Source: Bifidobacteriaceae bacterium
GTDB lineage: Bacteria > Actinomycetota > Actinomycetes > Actinomycetales > WQXJ01
Length of the DNA stretch: 64,000 nucleotides
Direction of reading: 5' to 3'
Assembly (NCBI GenBank): GCA_031278655.1
Contig: JAITJZ010000044.1
Coordinates: forward strand, 3,408-67,407
The translations under genes were made by a program, and so were the position numbers. Shown in pieces: positions 40,358 to 49,686 of the stretch. Position 1 is the stretch's first letter; every line of letters starts with the position of its first letter. The notes beneath the pieces were generated by a model. That model did no database searches and was not told the DNA's origin. It worked only from the letters and a program-made list of their open reading frames with translations.

Positions 40358-40927
40358 GTGCCCATGGCCCCGTCTCCGCCGCGCTTCGCCAACCTGACGC
40401 CCCTGGCGCCCCTTGACCACCCGGAACTGCTGGCCCCGTCCACCTTGGCGGCGTTGAGGCGGTGGTTCGCCGCCGCGCCCGATGTCGCGGCGGTGGTTGG
40501 CGTCGCCGCCATCGACCCAGCGGTGTCAGACACGGCCGCCCTGACCGCGGCCCTGGGCTTGGCGCCGGACGCCTCGGTCAACTGCGTGGTCGTGGCCGGC
40601 CGGCGGGCCGGGGAACAGCGGGTGGCCGCGGCAGCGGTCCGGGCGACCGCCCGCGCGGACGTCAACGGCGCCGTCCGGCGCTTGCTGGATGTGCGCAAGG
40701 CCTCATTCATGCCCGCCGACGAGGCCGTCGCCGCCACCGGCATGGAGTACGGGGGCATCACACTGATCGGCCTGCCCGCGGGCTGGCGCGTCCTGATCGA
40801 CCGCCAGGTGATCGACGGCGGCGACGCCATCGTCGGCGCGGGCGTGCGCGGCGCCAAACTGGTGCTCCCCGGCGCCGTCCTGGCCCGCCTCCCGGGCGTC
40901 GAAGTGATCGACGCCCTCGCCCTCTAG
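40358..40927 (+). CDS. YbaK/EbsC-type aminoacyl-tRNA editing-domain protein
   Basis: 189 aa, with ATGMEYGGITLIGLPAGW and an overall YbaK-like layout. Confidence 0.7.
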   Translation: MPMAPSPPRFANLTPLAPLDHPELLAPSTLAALRRWFAAAPDVAAVVGVAAIDPAVSDTAALTAALGLAPDASVNCVVVAGRRAGEQRVAAAAVRATARADVNGAVRRLLDVRKASFMPADEAVAATGMEYGGITLIGLPAGWRVLIDRQVIDGGDAIVGAGVRGAKLVLPGAVLARLPGVEVIDALAL

Positions 40928-40937
40928 CCCGCGGGGG

Positions 40938-41840
40938 TCACCAGTCGACGGCGTTGCGGTAGGCCTCGCGGACGATTCGGGCGGTCACGTTGGAGGCTTC
41001 GAGGGGCGAGAGATGGGCCACGTCGCTGATGACCACCAGGCTGGAGTGCCAGCCGATCGCCTCGGCCATGGCCTCGGCCTGGCTGACGGGCGCGAACGGG
41101 TCTTCGGCGCCGGCCATGATGGTTGTCGGCAGGCCGGCCGCGCGCAGGGCCATCATCGAGTCGGGCCGGCCGGCCATGGCTTCCTGGGCCCAGGCCACGC
41201 CCGCCGGCGTGGCCTGGTCGATCCAGCGCTCGATCATCCCGACCAGGTCCGGCTGGGTGGCCTGGCTGACCGCCGAGACCATTTTGGACGCCATCGGGCG
41301 CAGCTCCTCGACCGACCCGGTCGCCAGGACCCGCCTGGCGACATCCAAACGCGCCGCCCGCGCCGCCTCGTCATCGGCGACCGCCTTGGTGTGCATCAGA
41401 ATGATCCCGGCCAGCAGGTCCGGCGCCTCCCTGAGGACGCTCATGGCGACGTAACCGCCCATTGAGACGCCGACCACGAAGGCCTGGCTGACGCCCAGCG
41501 CCCGCAGCGACTCGATCACGGCCAGGGCCGCCGTGCGGACGGCGGGCGGCTCGATGATGGGGCTCGCGCCGGCCCCCGGCAGGTCGAACATCAAGATCGG
41601 CAGCTCTGGGAGCTGGGCCACCATGGGGCCCCACATCTGCGAGCTGAGCGGGAAGGCGTGCAGCAGCACCAGCGGCGCCACGTCCGGCGGGATCAGGGGC
41701 CCGGCGCCGGCCCGCCGGGCGCGCTCGGCGGCCGAGAGGCGCGAGGTCTCGTCGTCCTGGGCCCACGAATCGTGGGCCGGCCCGTTCGCAGCGACCGCCC
41801 CGCGCAAGCAGCCGCCCGCCGTCAACGCCAAAACCGTCAT
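40938..41840 (-). CDS. Alpha/beta hydrolase
   Basis: ORF trimmed to ATG 41840, which is preceded by GGGAGAGGGAGA. Nucleophile elbow VGVSMGG and LLHAFPLSSQMW. A TTG at 41903 overlapping the upstream stop is an alternative start. Confidence 0.8.
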   Translation of the reverse strand: MTVLALTAGGCLRGAVAANGPAHDSWAQDDETSRLSAAERARRAGAGPLIPPDVAPLVLLHAFPLSSQMWGPMVAQLPELPILMFDLPGAGASPIIEPPAVRTAALAVIESLRALGVSQAFVVGVSMGGYVAMSVLREAPDLLAGIILMHTKAVADDEAARAARLDVARRVLATGSVEELRPMASKMVSAVSQATQPDLVGMIERWIDQATPAGVAWAQEAMAGRPDSMMALRAAGLPTTIMAGAEDPFAPVSQAEAMAEAIGWHSSLVVISDVAHLSPLEASNVTARIVREAYRNAVDW

Positions 41841-41899
41841 GGTCGATCTCCCTCTCCCGGCCCGCCCAGGGCGCGCCCCGGACGGCGCGCGCGCGTGTC

Positions 41900-42673
41900 T
41901 CAAGACGAGGCTAGTCGCTCGTGTTCATGGTTGAAGGTCTGACTGGGCCCGTCCCAGGTTCTCGGCAGCGGCCCGAAGCCGGGCCGGACCACCGCCACAA
42001 TCGCGTCCAGCGCCTGGCGCACCGCCTTCTCCCCGATCCACAGGTGGCTGGCGCCCCTGCCTTCGACAACCTTGGCGCCGGGGATCAGCGCCAGGCGCGC
42101 CCGGGCCTGGGCCGGTTTCAGGAACTCGTCGTGCTCCGGCACCAGGGCAGTCACCGGTTTGCGCGCCGCCGCCCATTGGATCAGATGATCGGAGCGGGTT
42201 TGTTTCAGCGGCGGCGAGACGGCGATCACGCCGGCCACCGGCAGGTGGGCGGCGTGCATCAGCGCCAGCTCTGACCCGAACGACCACCCGACCAGCCAGG
42301 GCGTCGGCAGGTCCAGGCCGAGCGTGTGCGCCACCACGGCCGCGACGTCGCGCGCCTCGGCCGCGCCGCCGTCGAACTCGCCCTCCGAGCGCCCCAGCCG
42401 CGAGCCGGTCCCCCGGGTGTTGAAACGCACCACCGCCAGGTCGGCCAGGGCCGGCAGGCGCCAGGCCGCCTTGCGGAAAAGGTGCGAATCCATCGACCCG
42501 CCCGCCGTTGGCAGCGGGTGGAGCAGGATCAGCGCGCCCTGCGCGGCCCGGCCCCCCGGCGGCAGCGCCAACTCGCCGACCAGCCTGACGGCATCGGCGG
42601 TCAGCGCCGAGAACGGCTCGCGCTCGGCCGGCAGGATGGTCTGGGCGCCGATCGGCCGGCCGGCGCCGGTCAT
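41900..42673 (-). CDS. Alpha/beta hydrolase
   Basis: 257 aa with LILLHPLPTAGGSM and elbow-like VGWSFGS. The ATG overlaps the DUF3159 stop (ATGA). Confidence 0.75.
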   Translation of the reverse strand: MTGAGRPIGAQTILPAEREPFSALTADAVRLVGELALPPGGRAAQGALILLHPLPTAGGSMDSHLFRKAAWRLPALADLAVVRFNTRGTGSRLGRSEGEFDGGAAEARDVAAVVAHTLGLDLPTPWLVGWSFGSELALMHAAHLPVAGVIAVSPPLKQTRSDHLIQWAAARKPVTALVPEHDEFLKPAQARARLALIPGAKVVEGRGASHLWIGEKAVRQALDAIVAVVRPGFGPLPRTWDGPSQTFNHEHERLASS

Positions 42674-43482
42674 TCGCCGCCGCCCGGCTCGGGTTTGTCC
42701 GATGCCGTCCGCTCGCCCGCCGCCGTCTCGCCCGGCTCACGCTCGCCCGGCTCGGGTTTGCCCGATGCCGTCCGCTCGCCCGCCGCTGTCTCGCCCGGTT
42801 CAGGGTCGCTCGGCTCGCCGCCGCCCGGTTCACGCTCGCCCGGCGCCGGCGGACGGCGCAGCACCGGCCTCATGATCAACCAGGACAGCCACAGCAGCGC
42901 CACGAACGGCGGCGCGCCCATCGCCAGCTTCAGGGTCCCCAGCAACGCCACCTGCCCCGCCCAGTAGAGCGGCAGTTGGACCGCCAGGCGGGCCGCGAAC
43001 AGCCCCACCATCAGCCAGGTGGCCCAGGCGCCCCGGCGAATGAACGAGCGGTCCTCACGGAACGAGCCCAACTGCCCGGTCGCGGCCGCCGCCACCACGG
43101 CCACCAACGGCCAGCGGGCCAGGATCGACACCAGGCAACCGGTCAAATAGGCGCCGTTGATCCACAGACCCGGCGCGTAGAAACCCTCGGCCTTGCCGCT
43201 GACCAGCGCCCAGGCGACGCCCAGCGCGATCCCGCCGACGGAGGACACAGCCCCCATCAGCGACGAGCGCCCGATCAGCCGCGCCACCGCCAAGATGACG
43301 GCCAGGCCCAGCGACGCCATCAGCGGCGGCCACAGCCGCTCGCTGACGACGTAAACCACCACGAAGGTCAATCCGGGCAGGACGGACTCAACCATCCCCC
43401 TGACGCCGCCCATGGCCTCGGAGAAGGAGAACTCCTCGGCCACCACCGATTTCAGGCCCCGCTGGTCGCCCGCCGCGCTCAT
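42670..43482 (-). CDS. DUF3159-type membrane protein
   Basis: ORF trimmed to ATG 43482 (MSAAGDQRGLKS...). About six TM segments. The C-terminal tail carries a 2 x 21-aa repeat (GETAAGERTAS-KPEPGEREP). Confidence 0.8.
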   Translation of the reverse strand: MSAAGDQRGLKSVVAEEFSFSEAMGGVRGMVESVLPGLTFVVVYVVSERLWPPLMASLGLAVILAVARLIGRSSLMGAVSSVGGIALGVAWALVSGKAEGFYAPGLWINGAYLTGCLVSILARWPLVAVVAAAATGQLGSFREDRSFIRRGAWATWLMVGLFAARLAVQLPLYWAGQVALLGTLKLAMGAPPFVALLWLSWLIMRPVLRRPPAPGEREPGGGEPSDPEPGETAAGERTASGKPEPGEREPGETAAGERTASDKPEPGGGE

Positions 43483-43856
43483 GCGGCCGGCCCGATCGGC
43501 ACCAGTTCGTAGTACGGGTCGCGCATCACCCGGATGGCGCCGTCCGTCGCCACCAGGCCCTGACAGACAAGCTGCCGCCCGGGCTCGAGCCCCAAGATCT
43601 GGCGTTGGCCCAGCCAGATGACGCGCAGATCGCCGCTGCCATCGGTCAATTCGGCTTCGAACACTGGCCTTGGGCCCCTCGGCCCGATGGCGATCGACCG
43701 GATGACGCCGGTCACCCGCGCCGTCTGGCGCTCGCCGACCTGGCCGATCGGTTTGACGCCATCGACCGGCGCCAGCGGCCGCTCGCATTCTCCGGCCGGT
43801 GGCGTGGCCGGCGCGCCGGCCCGGGCCGCCCGAGCCTCGCCCGCGCCCGGCGGCAC
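43479..43856 (-). CDS. OB-fold nucleic-acid-binding domain protein
   Basis: GTG 43856 overlaps the DUF3710 stop (TAGTG). VKPIGQVGERQTARVTGVIRSIAIGPRG...AELTDGSGDLRVIWLGQRQILGLEPGRQL. Confidence 0.7.
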   Translation of the reverse strand: MPPGAGEARAARAGAPATPPAGECERPLAPVDGVKPIGQVGERQTARVTGVIRSIAIGPRGPRPVFEAELTDGSGDLRVIWLGQRQILGLEPGRQLVCQGLVATDGAIRVMRDPYYELVPIGPAA

Positions 43857-44668
43857 TAGCGGACCTCGGTGATCTCTGGGCCGCGATCCAACAGCCCCGG
43901 CGCCTTGTCCGGCGCCTTGTCCGCCGCCTTGTCCTGCCCGCCAGGCGCCGACTCGTCGGCGCGGGCCGCTCCGGCCGGCAGCTTCAGCGCCAAAGCCTCG
44001 CGCGGTGGCCGGGCCTCGCCGCCGCGGACAACCACCACGGAGGCGAAGAAGTCTTCCAATTCGGCGCCAGCCGCCTGGTCGCGGGCGGCTTTGCCGGTGA
44101 TGGCGCCCCGCAGCAGCCAACGCGGCCCGTCCACGCCGATGAACCTGACCACCTGCTTGCCGGTGCGCCCTTGGGCGGTCTTGGTCGGCAGCTCGGCGGT
44201 CAACTCGGCGCCGAAGCGGCCCCGCCCGGGGGTCGCCTTGCCGCCCTGTTTGGAGATCGACGCCGCCAACTCCTCCAACCCCTCGTCCCAGATGCCAGCC
44301 GTCTTCGGGGCGGCGAACGCTTGCAGCTCCAGCGCCGAGCCGTCCTTCGTCACGGTCAGGTTGACCGGCCGCCCGGTCGCCTTCGCCACCCCGGCGCTGA
44401 CCTTGAAGCCGGCCCGCGCCGGCAGCCGCACCGCGCCGAAGTCGATCAGGCCGTCCAGCCCGGGCCGCTCGGACTCGTCGAAGGGTCCCGACTGGGCCCG
44501 GTCGGCCACTTCGTCCGATGCCGTCTGGTCGCCCGCCGCTCCCCCGGCTCCCCCGACTCCCCCGGCGGCATCGGCGGCGGTGTCCACTTGTCCCTCGGCG
44601 CCAACCGCGGTCTCCGCCTCGGTCTCAGCCGGGCCGGCGGCCCGCCGCCCGCGTCTGAACAGCCCCAT
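43856..44668 (-). CDS. DUF3710-type protein
   Basis: Start set at ATG 44668 (MGLFRRGRR...), 6 nt after GGAGGA. GPFDESERPGLDGLIDFGAVRLPA, RFIGVDGPRWLLRG. Confidence 0.8.
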   Translation of the reverse strand: MGLFRRGRRAAGPAETEAETAVGAEGQVDTAADAAGGVGGAGGAAGDQTASDEVADRAQSGPFDESERPGLDGLIDFGAVRLPARAGFKVSAGVAKATGRPVNLTVTKDGSALELQAFAAPKTAGIWDEGLEELAASISKQGGKATPGRGRFGAELTAELPTKTAQGRTGKQVVRFIGVDGPRWLLRGAITGKAARDQAAGAELEDFFASVVVVRGGEARPPREALALKLPAGAARADESAPGGQDKAADKAPDKAPGLLDRGPEITEVR

Positions 44669-44681
44669 TGTCATTCCTCCC

Positions 44682-45143
44682 TCAGACACTCAAACCTGTC
44701 GAACCGGTCGACCCAAAACCGCCTTCGCCCCTGACCGACCCGGGCAGGCGCTCGACCTCGACCAGGCGGGCCTTCTCGACCCGCTGGATCAGCAGCTGGG
44801 CGATCCGGTCGCCCCGGCGGACGGTGAACGGCTCCGCCGGGTCGGTGTTGAGCAGGGTCACTTTGATCTCGCCGCGATAACCGGCGTCAACCGTCCCCGG
44901 CGCGTTGGCGACGGTCAGACCGTGTTTGGCGGCCAAACCCGAGCGCGGGTGGACCAAGCCGACGAATCCGTCCGGCAACGCCAAACTCAGCCCCGTCGCC
45001 ACCGTCACCCTGCCGCCGGCGGGCGGGACGACGGCATCGGCGGCTGACAAAAGGTCCAAACCGGCGTCACCGGGGTGGGCGTAGGCGGGCAGCGGCAACT
45101 CCGGGTCCAGGCGGGCTACCAGCACTTCGATGGTGGCGTTCAC
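44682..45143 (-). CDS. dut: dUTP diphosphatase
   Basis: 153 aa with [27 protein letters not shown] and RIAQL motifs. Confidence 0.95.
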   Translation of the reverse strand: MNATIEVLVARLDPELPLPAYAHPGDAGLDLLSAADAVVPPAGGRVTVATGLSLALPDGFVGLVHPRSGLAAKHGLTVANAPGTVDAGYRGEIKVTLLNTDPAEPFTVRRGDRIAQLLIQRVEKARLVEVERLPGSVRGEGGFGSTGSTGLSV

Positions 45144-45170
45144 GACCGACCAGCCTATGCCACGCGGGCG

Positions 45171-45473
45171 TCAGGTGGCGCACTCGAGGCAGATCAAGGA
45201 GCCGTCGGGGCCCGTCGAAGCCAATTGGGAGATGTGGTGCACCAGGAAGCAGGCGGAGCACATGAACTCGTCGGCCTGTTTGGGCAGCACCCGGACCAGC
45301 AGTTCCTCGTTGGACAAATCGGCGCCGGGCAGTTCGAATCCCTCGGCCGCGTCGGCCTCGTCCTCGTCCACCACGGCGGCAGACTTCTCTGCCCGCCTGG
45401 CCTTCAACTCCTCCAGGGAGTCCTGGCCGAGGTCTTCGTCGTTCTTTCGGGGGGCGTCGTAATCGGTTGCCAT
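45171..45473 (-). CDS. DUF4193-type small acidic protein
   Basis: 100 aa. MATDYDAPRKNDED... and the C-terminal Cys cluster FMCSACFLVHHISQL...LICLECA. Confidence 0.85.
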   Translation of the reverse strand: MATDYDAPRKNDEDLGQDSLEELKARRAEKSAAVVDEDEADAAEGFELPGADLSNEELLVRVLPKQADEFMCSACFLVHHISQLASTGPDGSLICLECAT

Positions 45474-45736
45474 CGGTCCTTCGGTCTCGTGTAGGTGGTT
45501 TCAGGGGCTCGCATGGAACGCTCTTTGCGCAGAGATTATTCCGCACCGGATCGCGCGACAGGGTAGCACGTCCCGGGCCCCTCGTGTGAACGCCGTCCAA
45601 ATCTGGCGCTGTCGCGTGCTGGCGCGGCCCTGGCGGCGCGGAATGCCACCACGCCGATCCGGCTTGCCCGCCCCGGGCCGCCACCTATGCCAAGCTCAAG
45701 AGGACAAAGCGCTGGTGAGCGCGGGAAGGACTTGCG

Positions 45737-46996
45737 ATGAACGAGTTGACGTTTGGACGGGCCGATGGTGATCGCCTGATCTGCGTCGATGAATCGGGCG
45801 CCGAATTCGCCCTCGGCATCACCGAGGAACTGAAGGCGGCCGTCAATCAGGGGCCGAAGGCCGAACCCTCGGCCGCGCCGCTGCACATCCCCGAAGTGCT
45901 GCGGCCAAAGGACATTCAGGCCTTGGTGCGCGCCGGCGCCGACCCGGCCGACCTGGCCGAGGCCTCCGGGCTGGACCTGGACCACATCAACCGCTACGCG
46001 GCCCCGGTCCTGGACGAGCGCGCCTTCGTTGTGGGCCAGGCGCTCGCCCTCGGCCTGCGCCACGACCCGGAGGGCCGCCCGCTGGTCGAGGCGGCCCGCC
46101 AGCGCCTCGCCGAACAAGGCATTGACCTGGAGGACGCCCGCTGGGACGCCACCCGCCAGCCCCAGGGCTGGGTGGTCACGCTCGAGTCCGAGTCCGGCCC
46201 GATCAGCGCCCGTTGGCAGGTGGACCTGGCCGGCCGCTCCCTGTCCGCGCTCAACGAGCAGGCCCAGTGGGTCGGGCGCGCCAGCGAGCCGGACCGCCCC
46301 ATCCCGCCGTTGCGTCATTTGAGCGCCGTGCCCGGCCTGGACCCGGAGCCCGATGCCGACGACCCGCTCGCCGATCCGCCGTCGAGTTCGTCGTTGTCGC
46401 TTTTGGACGGGCTGATGGAGCACCGGGGCTTGCGCTCGCCGGTGGCGTCAGGCGAGGACACCCGGCCGCTGGCCGCCCAGGCCGAGGTGGTCGAGTTGCG
46501 CCGCGCCGACGCGGCGGCTGAAGACGCTGACGCCGACCAGCCGCCGGGGGACCCGGACGAGGCCCCGCCGTGGCTGGACGGCCCGCCGACAGCGCCAATG
46601 CCCGCCGATGACGATTGGGCGGCCCCGCCCGAGCCGCCCGGCCAGGATTGGGAGGCCGACGAGGCGCAGACCGGCCCCATACCGCCGCCTTTGGGCGTGG
46701 TCGCTCGTCCGGCCCCGGCCGGGCCGTGGCCGGCCCTCTCGCACCAGTCTGACTTCTGGGGGCGGCGCGGCGAACGCCAGGGCGCTTTGTTCGAGCAGGC
46801 CCCGGTCGAGTCGCGGCCCTACTCGCAGCCGAGCCTGCCGGAGGCGGCCGATGACCGCCCTGGCGGCTCAGCCAGCGGCGAGCCCGAGCCTTCGCCCGAG
46901 CGGGCGCCCACCCGCAGCGCCCGCTCTCAAGCCAAGCGCTCGTCGGTGCCAAGCTGGGACGAGATCGTCTTCGGTTCCTCCAAAACCGATCAATGA
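45737..46996 (+). CDS. sepH: Septation protein SepH (DUF3071)
   Basis: 419 aa. N-terminus MNELTFGRADGDRLICVDESGAEFAL and helix-turn-helix-like DIQALVRAGADPADLAEASGLDLDHINRYAAPVLDERAFV. Disordered Pro/Asp-rich C-terminal half ending in a basic tail. Confidence 0.85.
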   Translation: MNELTFGRADGDRLICVDESGAEFALGITEELKAAVNQGPKAEPSAAPLHIPEVLRPKDIQALVRAGADPADLAEASGLDLDHINRYAAPVLDERAFVVGQALALGLRHDPEGRPLVEAARQRLAEQGIDLEDARWDATRQPQGWVVTLESESGPISARWQVDLAGRSLSALNEQAQWVGRASEPDRPIPPLRHLSAVPGLDPEPDADDPLADPPSSSSLSLLDGLMEHRGLRSPVASGEDTRPLAAQAEVVELRRADAAAEDADADQPPGDPDEAPPWLDGPPTAPMPADDDWAAPPEPPGQDWEADEAQTGPIPPPLGVVARPAPAGPWPALSHQSDFWGRRGERQGALFEQAPVESRPYSQPSLPEAADDRPGGSASGEPEPSPERAPTRSARSQAKRSSVPSWDEIVFGSSKTDQ

Positions 46997-47033
46997 CCGC
47001 CCGCCGCCGCCTCAGCTTCCTCCGGCAGCGCCT

Positions 47034-47148
47034 CGTCCAAACCCGGGATAGAGCCCCGTCCAAACCACGGGCAGAGCCCCGTCCAAACCACGGGCAGAAC
47101 TTCGTCCAAACCACGGGTAGAACCTCGTCCAAACCACGGCCGAGACTG
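47034..47148 (+). repeat. Five head-to-tail copies of a 23-bp unit (CGTCCAAACCACGGGCAGAGCCC)
   Basis: Unit starts at 47034, 47057, 47080, 47103 and 47126. The 5' 14 nt are conserved and the 3' end of each unit drifts. Confidence 0.9.
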
Positions 47149-47160
47149 CGTCGGCGGGGG

Positions 47161-47166
47161 TAGAAT
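47161..47166 (+). promoter_or_regulatory. Candidate -10 hexamer TAGAAT for a leaderless transcript starting at ATG 47174
   Basis: TAGAAT ends 7 nt before the A of ATG 47174. It overlaps the first in-frame ATG (47165), which would then be outside the transcript. Confidence 0.35.
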
Positions 47167-47173
47167 GCCTGGA

Positions 47174-48460
47174 ATGGACTACCAGCGCCGTATTGTCGAC
47201 GACCTCCTGGACGAGGTCCTGCCGGAGCTGCCCGCCATCGCCCTGGAAGGCGCCAAAGGTGTGGGGAAGACCGCCACCGCGACACAGCGGGCGCGCTCGG
47301 TCCTGACTCTGAGCGAGCCAGCCCAACGCGCCGCGGTGGCCGGGAACCACGCCCTGATCCGCGAACTGCCGCAGCCGGTGCTGATAGACGAATGGCAGTT
47401 GGAGCCCGGCGTCTGGGACACCGTGCGGCACGCCGTCGACGCCGGTTCGGGCGGCGGGAGTTTTCTTTTGGCCGGCTCGGCTCACACACCGCCAGGGGTG
47501 CACATTCATTCCGGCGCGGGGCGGATAGTCAGCCTCAAACTGCGCCCCCTAGCGTGGTCGGAGCGCGGCCTCGGCCGGCCGACCGTGTCGCTGGCAGAAC
47601 TGCTCAGGGGCGCCACGCCCAGAATCGCAGGTCTGTCGGGCGTCAATTTGCGCGGCTACGCGGAGGAGATAACCCGGTCTGGATTTCCCGGCATCCGGCG
47701 GTTGGGCGCCCGCGCCCGTGGGCTCGGGCTGGACAGCTATGTTTCGCGTCTGGTGGAACGCGAGTTGGCCGAGAACGGCGCGGTGGTCCGCCGGCCATCC
47801 GCCATGATGGCCTGGTTGCGCGCCTATGCCGCCGCCACCTCCACCGACGCCGCCTACTCGGCCATCCTCGACGCCGCCACCCCAGGCGAAGGGGACAAGC
47901 CTTCCAATGAGACCGCGCGCGGCTATCGCCAGGCGCTGGAGAGGCTCTTCGTGCTTGACCCGGTGCCCGCCTGGACGGCCAGCTTCACCCCGCTGCGGCG
48001 CCTGACCAAGACGCCGAAGCATCATCTGGCAGACCCGGCTTTGGCGGCTCGGCTAGTCGGCATCGAAGCTGACGGTTTGCTGGTGGGCAGTGGGCCGCGC
48101 GCGGCCGCCTCCAAGCGCCAGGCGGGCGCCCGGACCTGGCTCGGAGCCCTCTTTGAATCGCTGGTGACCCAGTCTGTTCGGGTTTACGCCGCCGCCGCCG
48201 ACGCGTCGGTGGGACACCTGCGCACCAAGAACACCGAGCATGAGATCGATCTGATTGTCGAGGCGCGGGACTTGTCGGTGGTGGCCATCGAGGTCAAGAC
48301 CTCTGACACCGTGACCGCCCGCGACACCTCCCACCTGGCCTGGCTCCAGGCCGAGTTGGGAGACCGCCTGGTGGATCGCGTCGTGTTGTACGCCGGAGAA
48401 CACGCCTACCGCGACCCGTCGGGCACCGCCATCGTGCCATTCGCCTTGCTCGGACCGTGA
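47174..48460 (+). CDS. AAA-type ATPase with DUF4143-like C-terminal domain
   Basis: Walker A GAKGVGKT, Walker B VLIDEW, and a C-terminal restriction-endonuclease-like segment (EIDLIVEARDLSVVAIEVK). ATG 47165 is an alternative start. Confidence 0.8.
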   Translation: MDYQRRIVDDLLDEVLPELPAIALEGAKGVGKTATATQRARSVLTLSEPAQRAAVAGNHALIRELPQPVLIDEWQLEPGVWDTVRHAVDAGSGGGSFLLAGSAHTPPGVHIHSGAGRIVSLKLRPLAWSERGLGRPTVSLAELLRGATPRIAGLSGVNLRGYAEEITRSGFPGIRRLGARARGLGLDSYVSRLVERELAENGAVVRRPSAMMAWLRAYAAATSTDAAYSAILDAATPGEGDKPSNETARGYRQALERLFVLDPVPAWTASFTPLRRLTKTPKHHLADPALAARLVGIEADGLLVGSGPRAAASKRQAGARTWLGALFESLVTQSVRVYAAAADASVGHLRTKNTEHEIDLIVEARDLSVVAIEVKTSDTVTARDTSHLAWLQAELGDRLVDRVVLYAGEHAYRDPSGTAIVPFALLGP

Positions 48461-48514
48461 GCCCGCGGACCAATCCGACAGCCACCCCGCCGCCAACGAA
48501 TTGACGAACACCCA

Positions 48515-49642
48515 TTAGTTGACCAGGGGCAGGTGTTGGGCGTAGCCGCGGGCTGCCATCTGGTCCTTGGGGATGAACTCGAGCGCCGCCGAGTTGACGC
48601 AGTAGCGCAGTCCGCCCAGTTCGGGCGGGCCGTCTTCGAAGACGTGGCCCAGGTGGGCGCCGGAGCCGGCCGAGCGGACCTCGGTGCGCAGTCGCCCGTA
48701 GGAGCGATCCTCAAGCTCGACCAGAGCCTCAGGGATGGGACGCGAGAAGGCCGGCCAGCCGCAGCCTGAGTCGTACTTCTGGCTCGACACGAACAGCGGC
48801 TGGCCGCTGGTGACGTCGACGTACAGGCCCGGCTCGAAGAACTGGTCGTATTCGCCGGTGAACGGCGGCTCGGTGGCGCCCTGCTGCGTCACGGCCGCCT
48901 GCGTCGGGGTCAGGCGCGCCAAGCGCGCCGGATCGGCCGCGCGATGCTCGGCGGGCGGCTGGCGGGGGTCAGCGCGGCCGGTTGCGGAAGCGTCAACCGC
49001 GGCCACGGCATCGGCGCTGGCGGGCGGCTGGCGGGGGGCGGCGCTGCCGGTTGCGGAAGCGTCAACCGCGGCGGCGGCATCGGCGAAGGCGGGCGGCTGG
49101 CGGGGGGCGGCGCGACCGGGCTGGGCGGCGTCAACCGCGGCGGCATCGGCGCTGGCGGCGGCCAACTTCGCGGGCGAGATGTGGCAGTAACCGCCGGGGT
49201 TCTTCTGGAGATAGCGCTGGTGGCGGTCCTCGGCCGGCTGGAAGTCGACCAGCGGGCCGGCCTCGACGGCGATCGGCTGGCGGTGGCGGCGCTGGAGGGT
49301 GGCCAACTCCAGTTCGACGGCGGTGCGGTCGGCCGGGTCGGTCCAGTAGACGCCGGTGCGGTACTGCCGGCCGACGTCCGGCCCCTGGCGGTCGACCGCC
49401 AACGGGTCGATGACGTCGAACAGCTTCTCCAGGTAGAAGCGCAGCGGGCGCGTCGACTGGTCGTAGACCAGGCGCAGCGCCTCGACGTGGCCTGACCCGG
49501 CACAGACCTGCTCGTAGCTGACCGGCCCCGGGGCGGCGCCGTTGGCGTACCCGACCTGCGTGGCGACCACGCCGGGCAGGCGCGAGAAGTATTCCTCGAC
49601 GCCCCAGAAGCAACCGCCGGCCAAGAAGATCTCTTTGGTCAT
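48515..49642 (-). CDS. msrAB: Bifunctional peptide-methionine (S)- and (R)-S-oxide reductase (MsrA-MsrB fusion)
   Basis: 375 aa. MsrA GCFWGVE at the N-terminus. MsrB CGWPAF and RTEVRS...[10 protein letters not shown] at the C-terminus. The two halves are joined by 3 x 23-aa repeats. Confidence 0.92.
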   Translation of the reverse strand: MTKEIFLAGGCFWGVEEYFSRLPGVVATQVGYANGAAPGPVSYEQVCAGSGHVEALRLVYDQSTRPLRFYLEKLFDVIDPLAVDRQGPDVGRQYRTGVYWTDPADRTAVELELATLQRRHRQPIAVEAGPLVDFQPAEDRHQRYLQKNPGGYCHISPAKLAAASADAAAVDAAQPGRAAPRQPPAFADAAAAVDASATGSAAPRQPPASADAVAAVDASATGRADPRQPPAEHRAADPARLARLTPTQAAVTQQGATEPPFTGEYDQFFEPGLYVDVTSGQPLFVSSQKYDSGCGWPAFSRPIPEALVELEDRSYGRLRTEVRSAGSGAHLGHVFEDGPPELGGLRYCVNSAALEFIPKDQMAARGYAQHLPLVN

Positions 49643-49686
49643 GCTGGCACCTTAGCCTCGATCCGCTGATCCTTTGTGGACGGGCG

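Noticed and set aside
47034-47148. CRISPR array (also considered for the 69-bp repeats at 48950-49160)
   Set aside because: The repeats are directly adjacent with no spacers. The 69-bp set is in-frame coding sequence. No cas genes are present.
47034-47148. Cluster of DnaA boxes within the 23-bp repeats
   Set aside because: Each unit has CCGTCCAAA. It shares only the GTCCA core with the actinobacterial TTGTCCACA consensus (3 of 9 positions differ). There is no dnaA/dnaN context, so the match is too weak.
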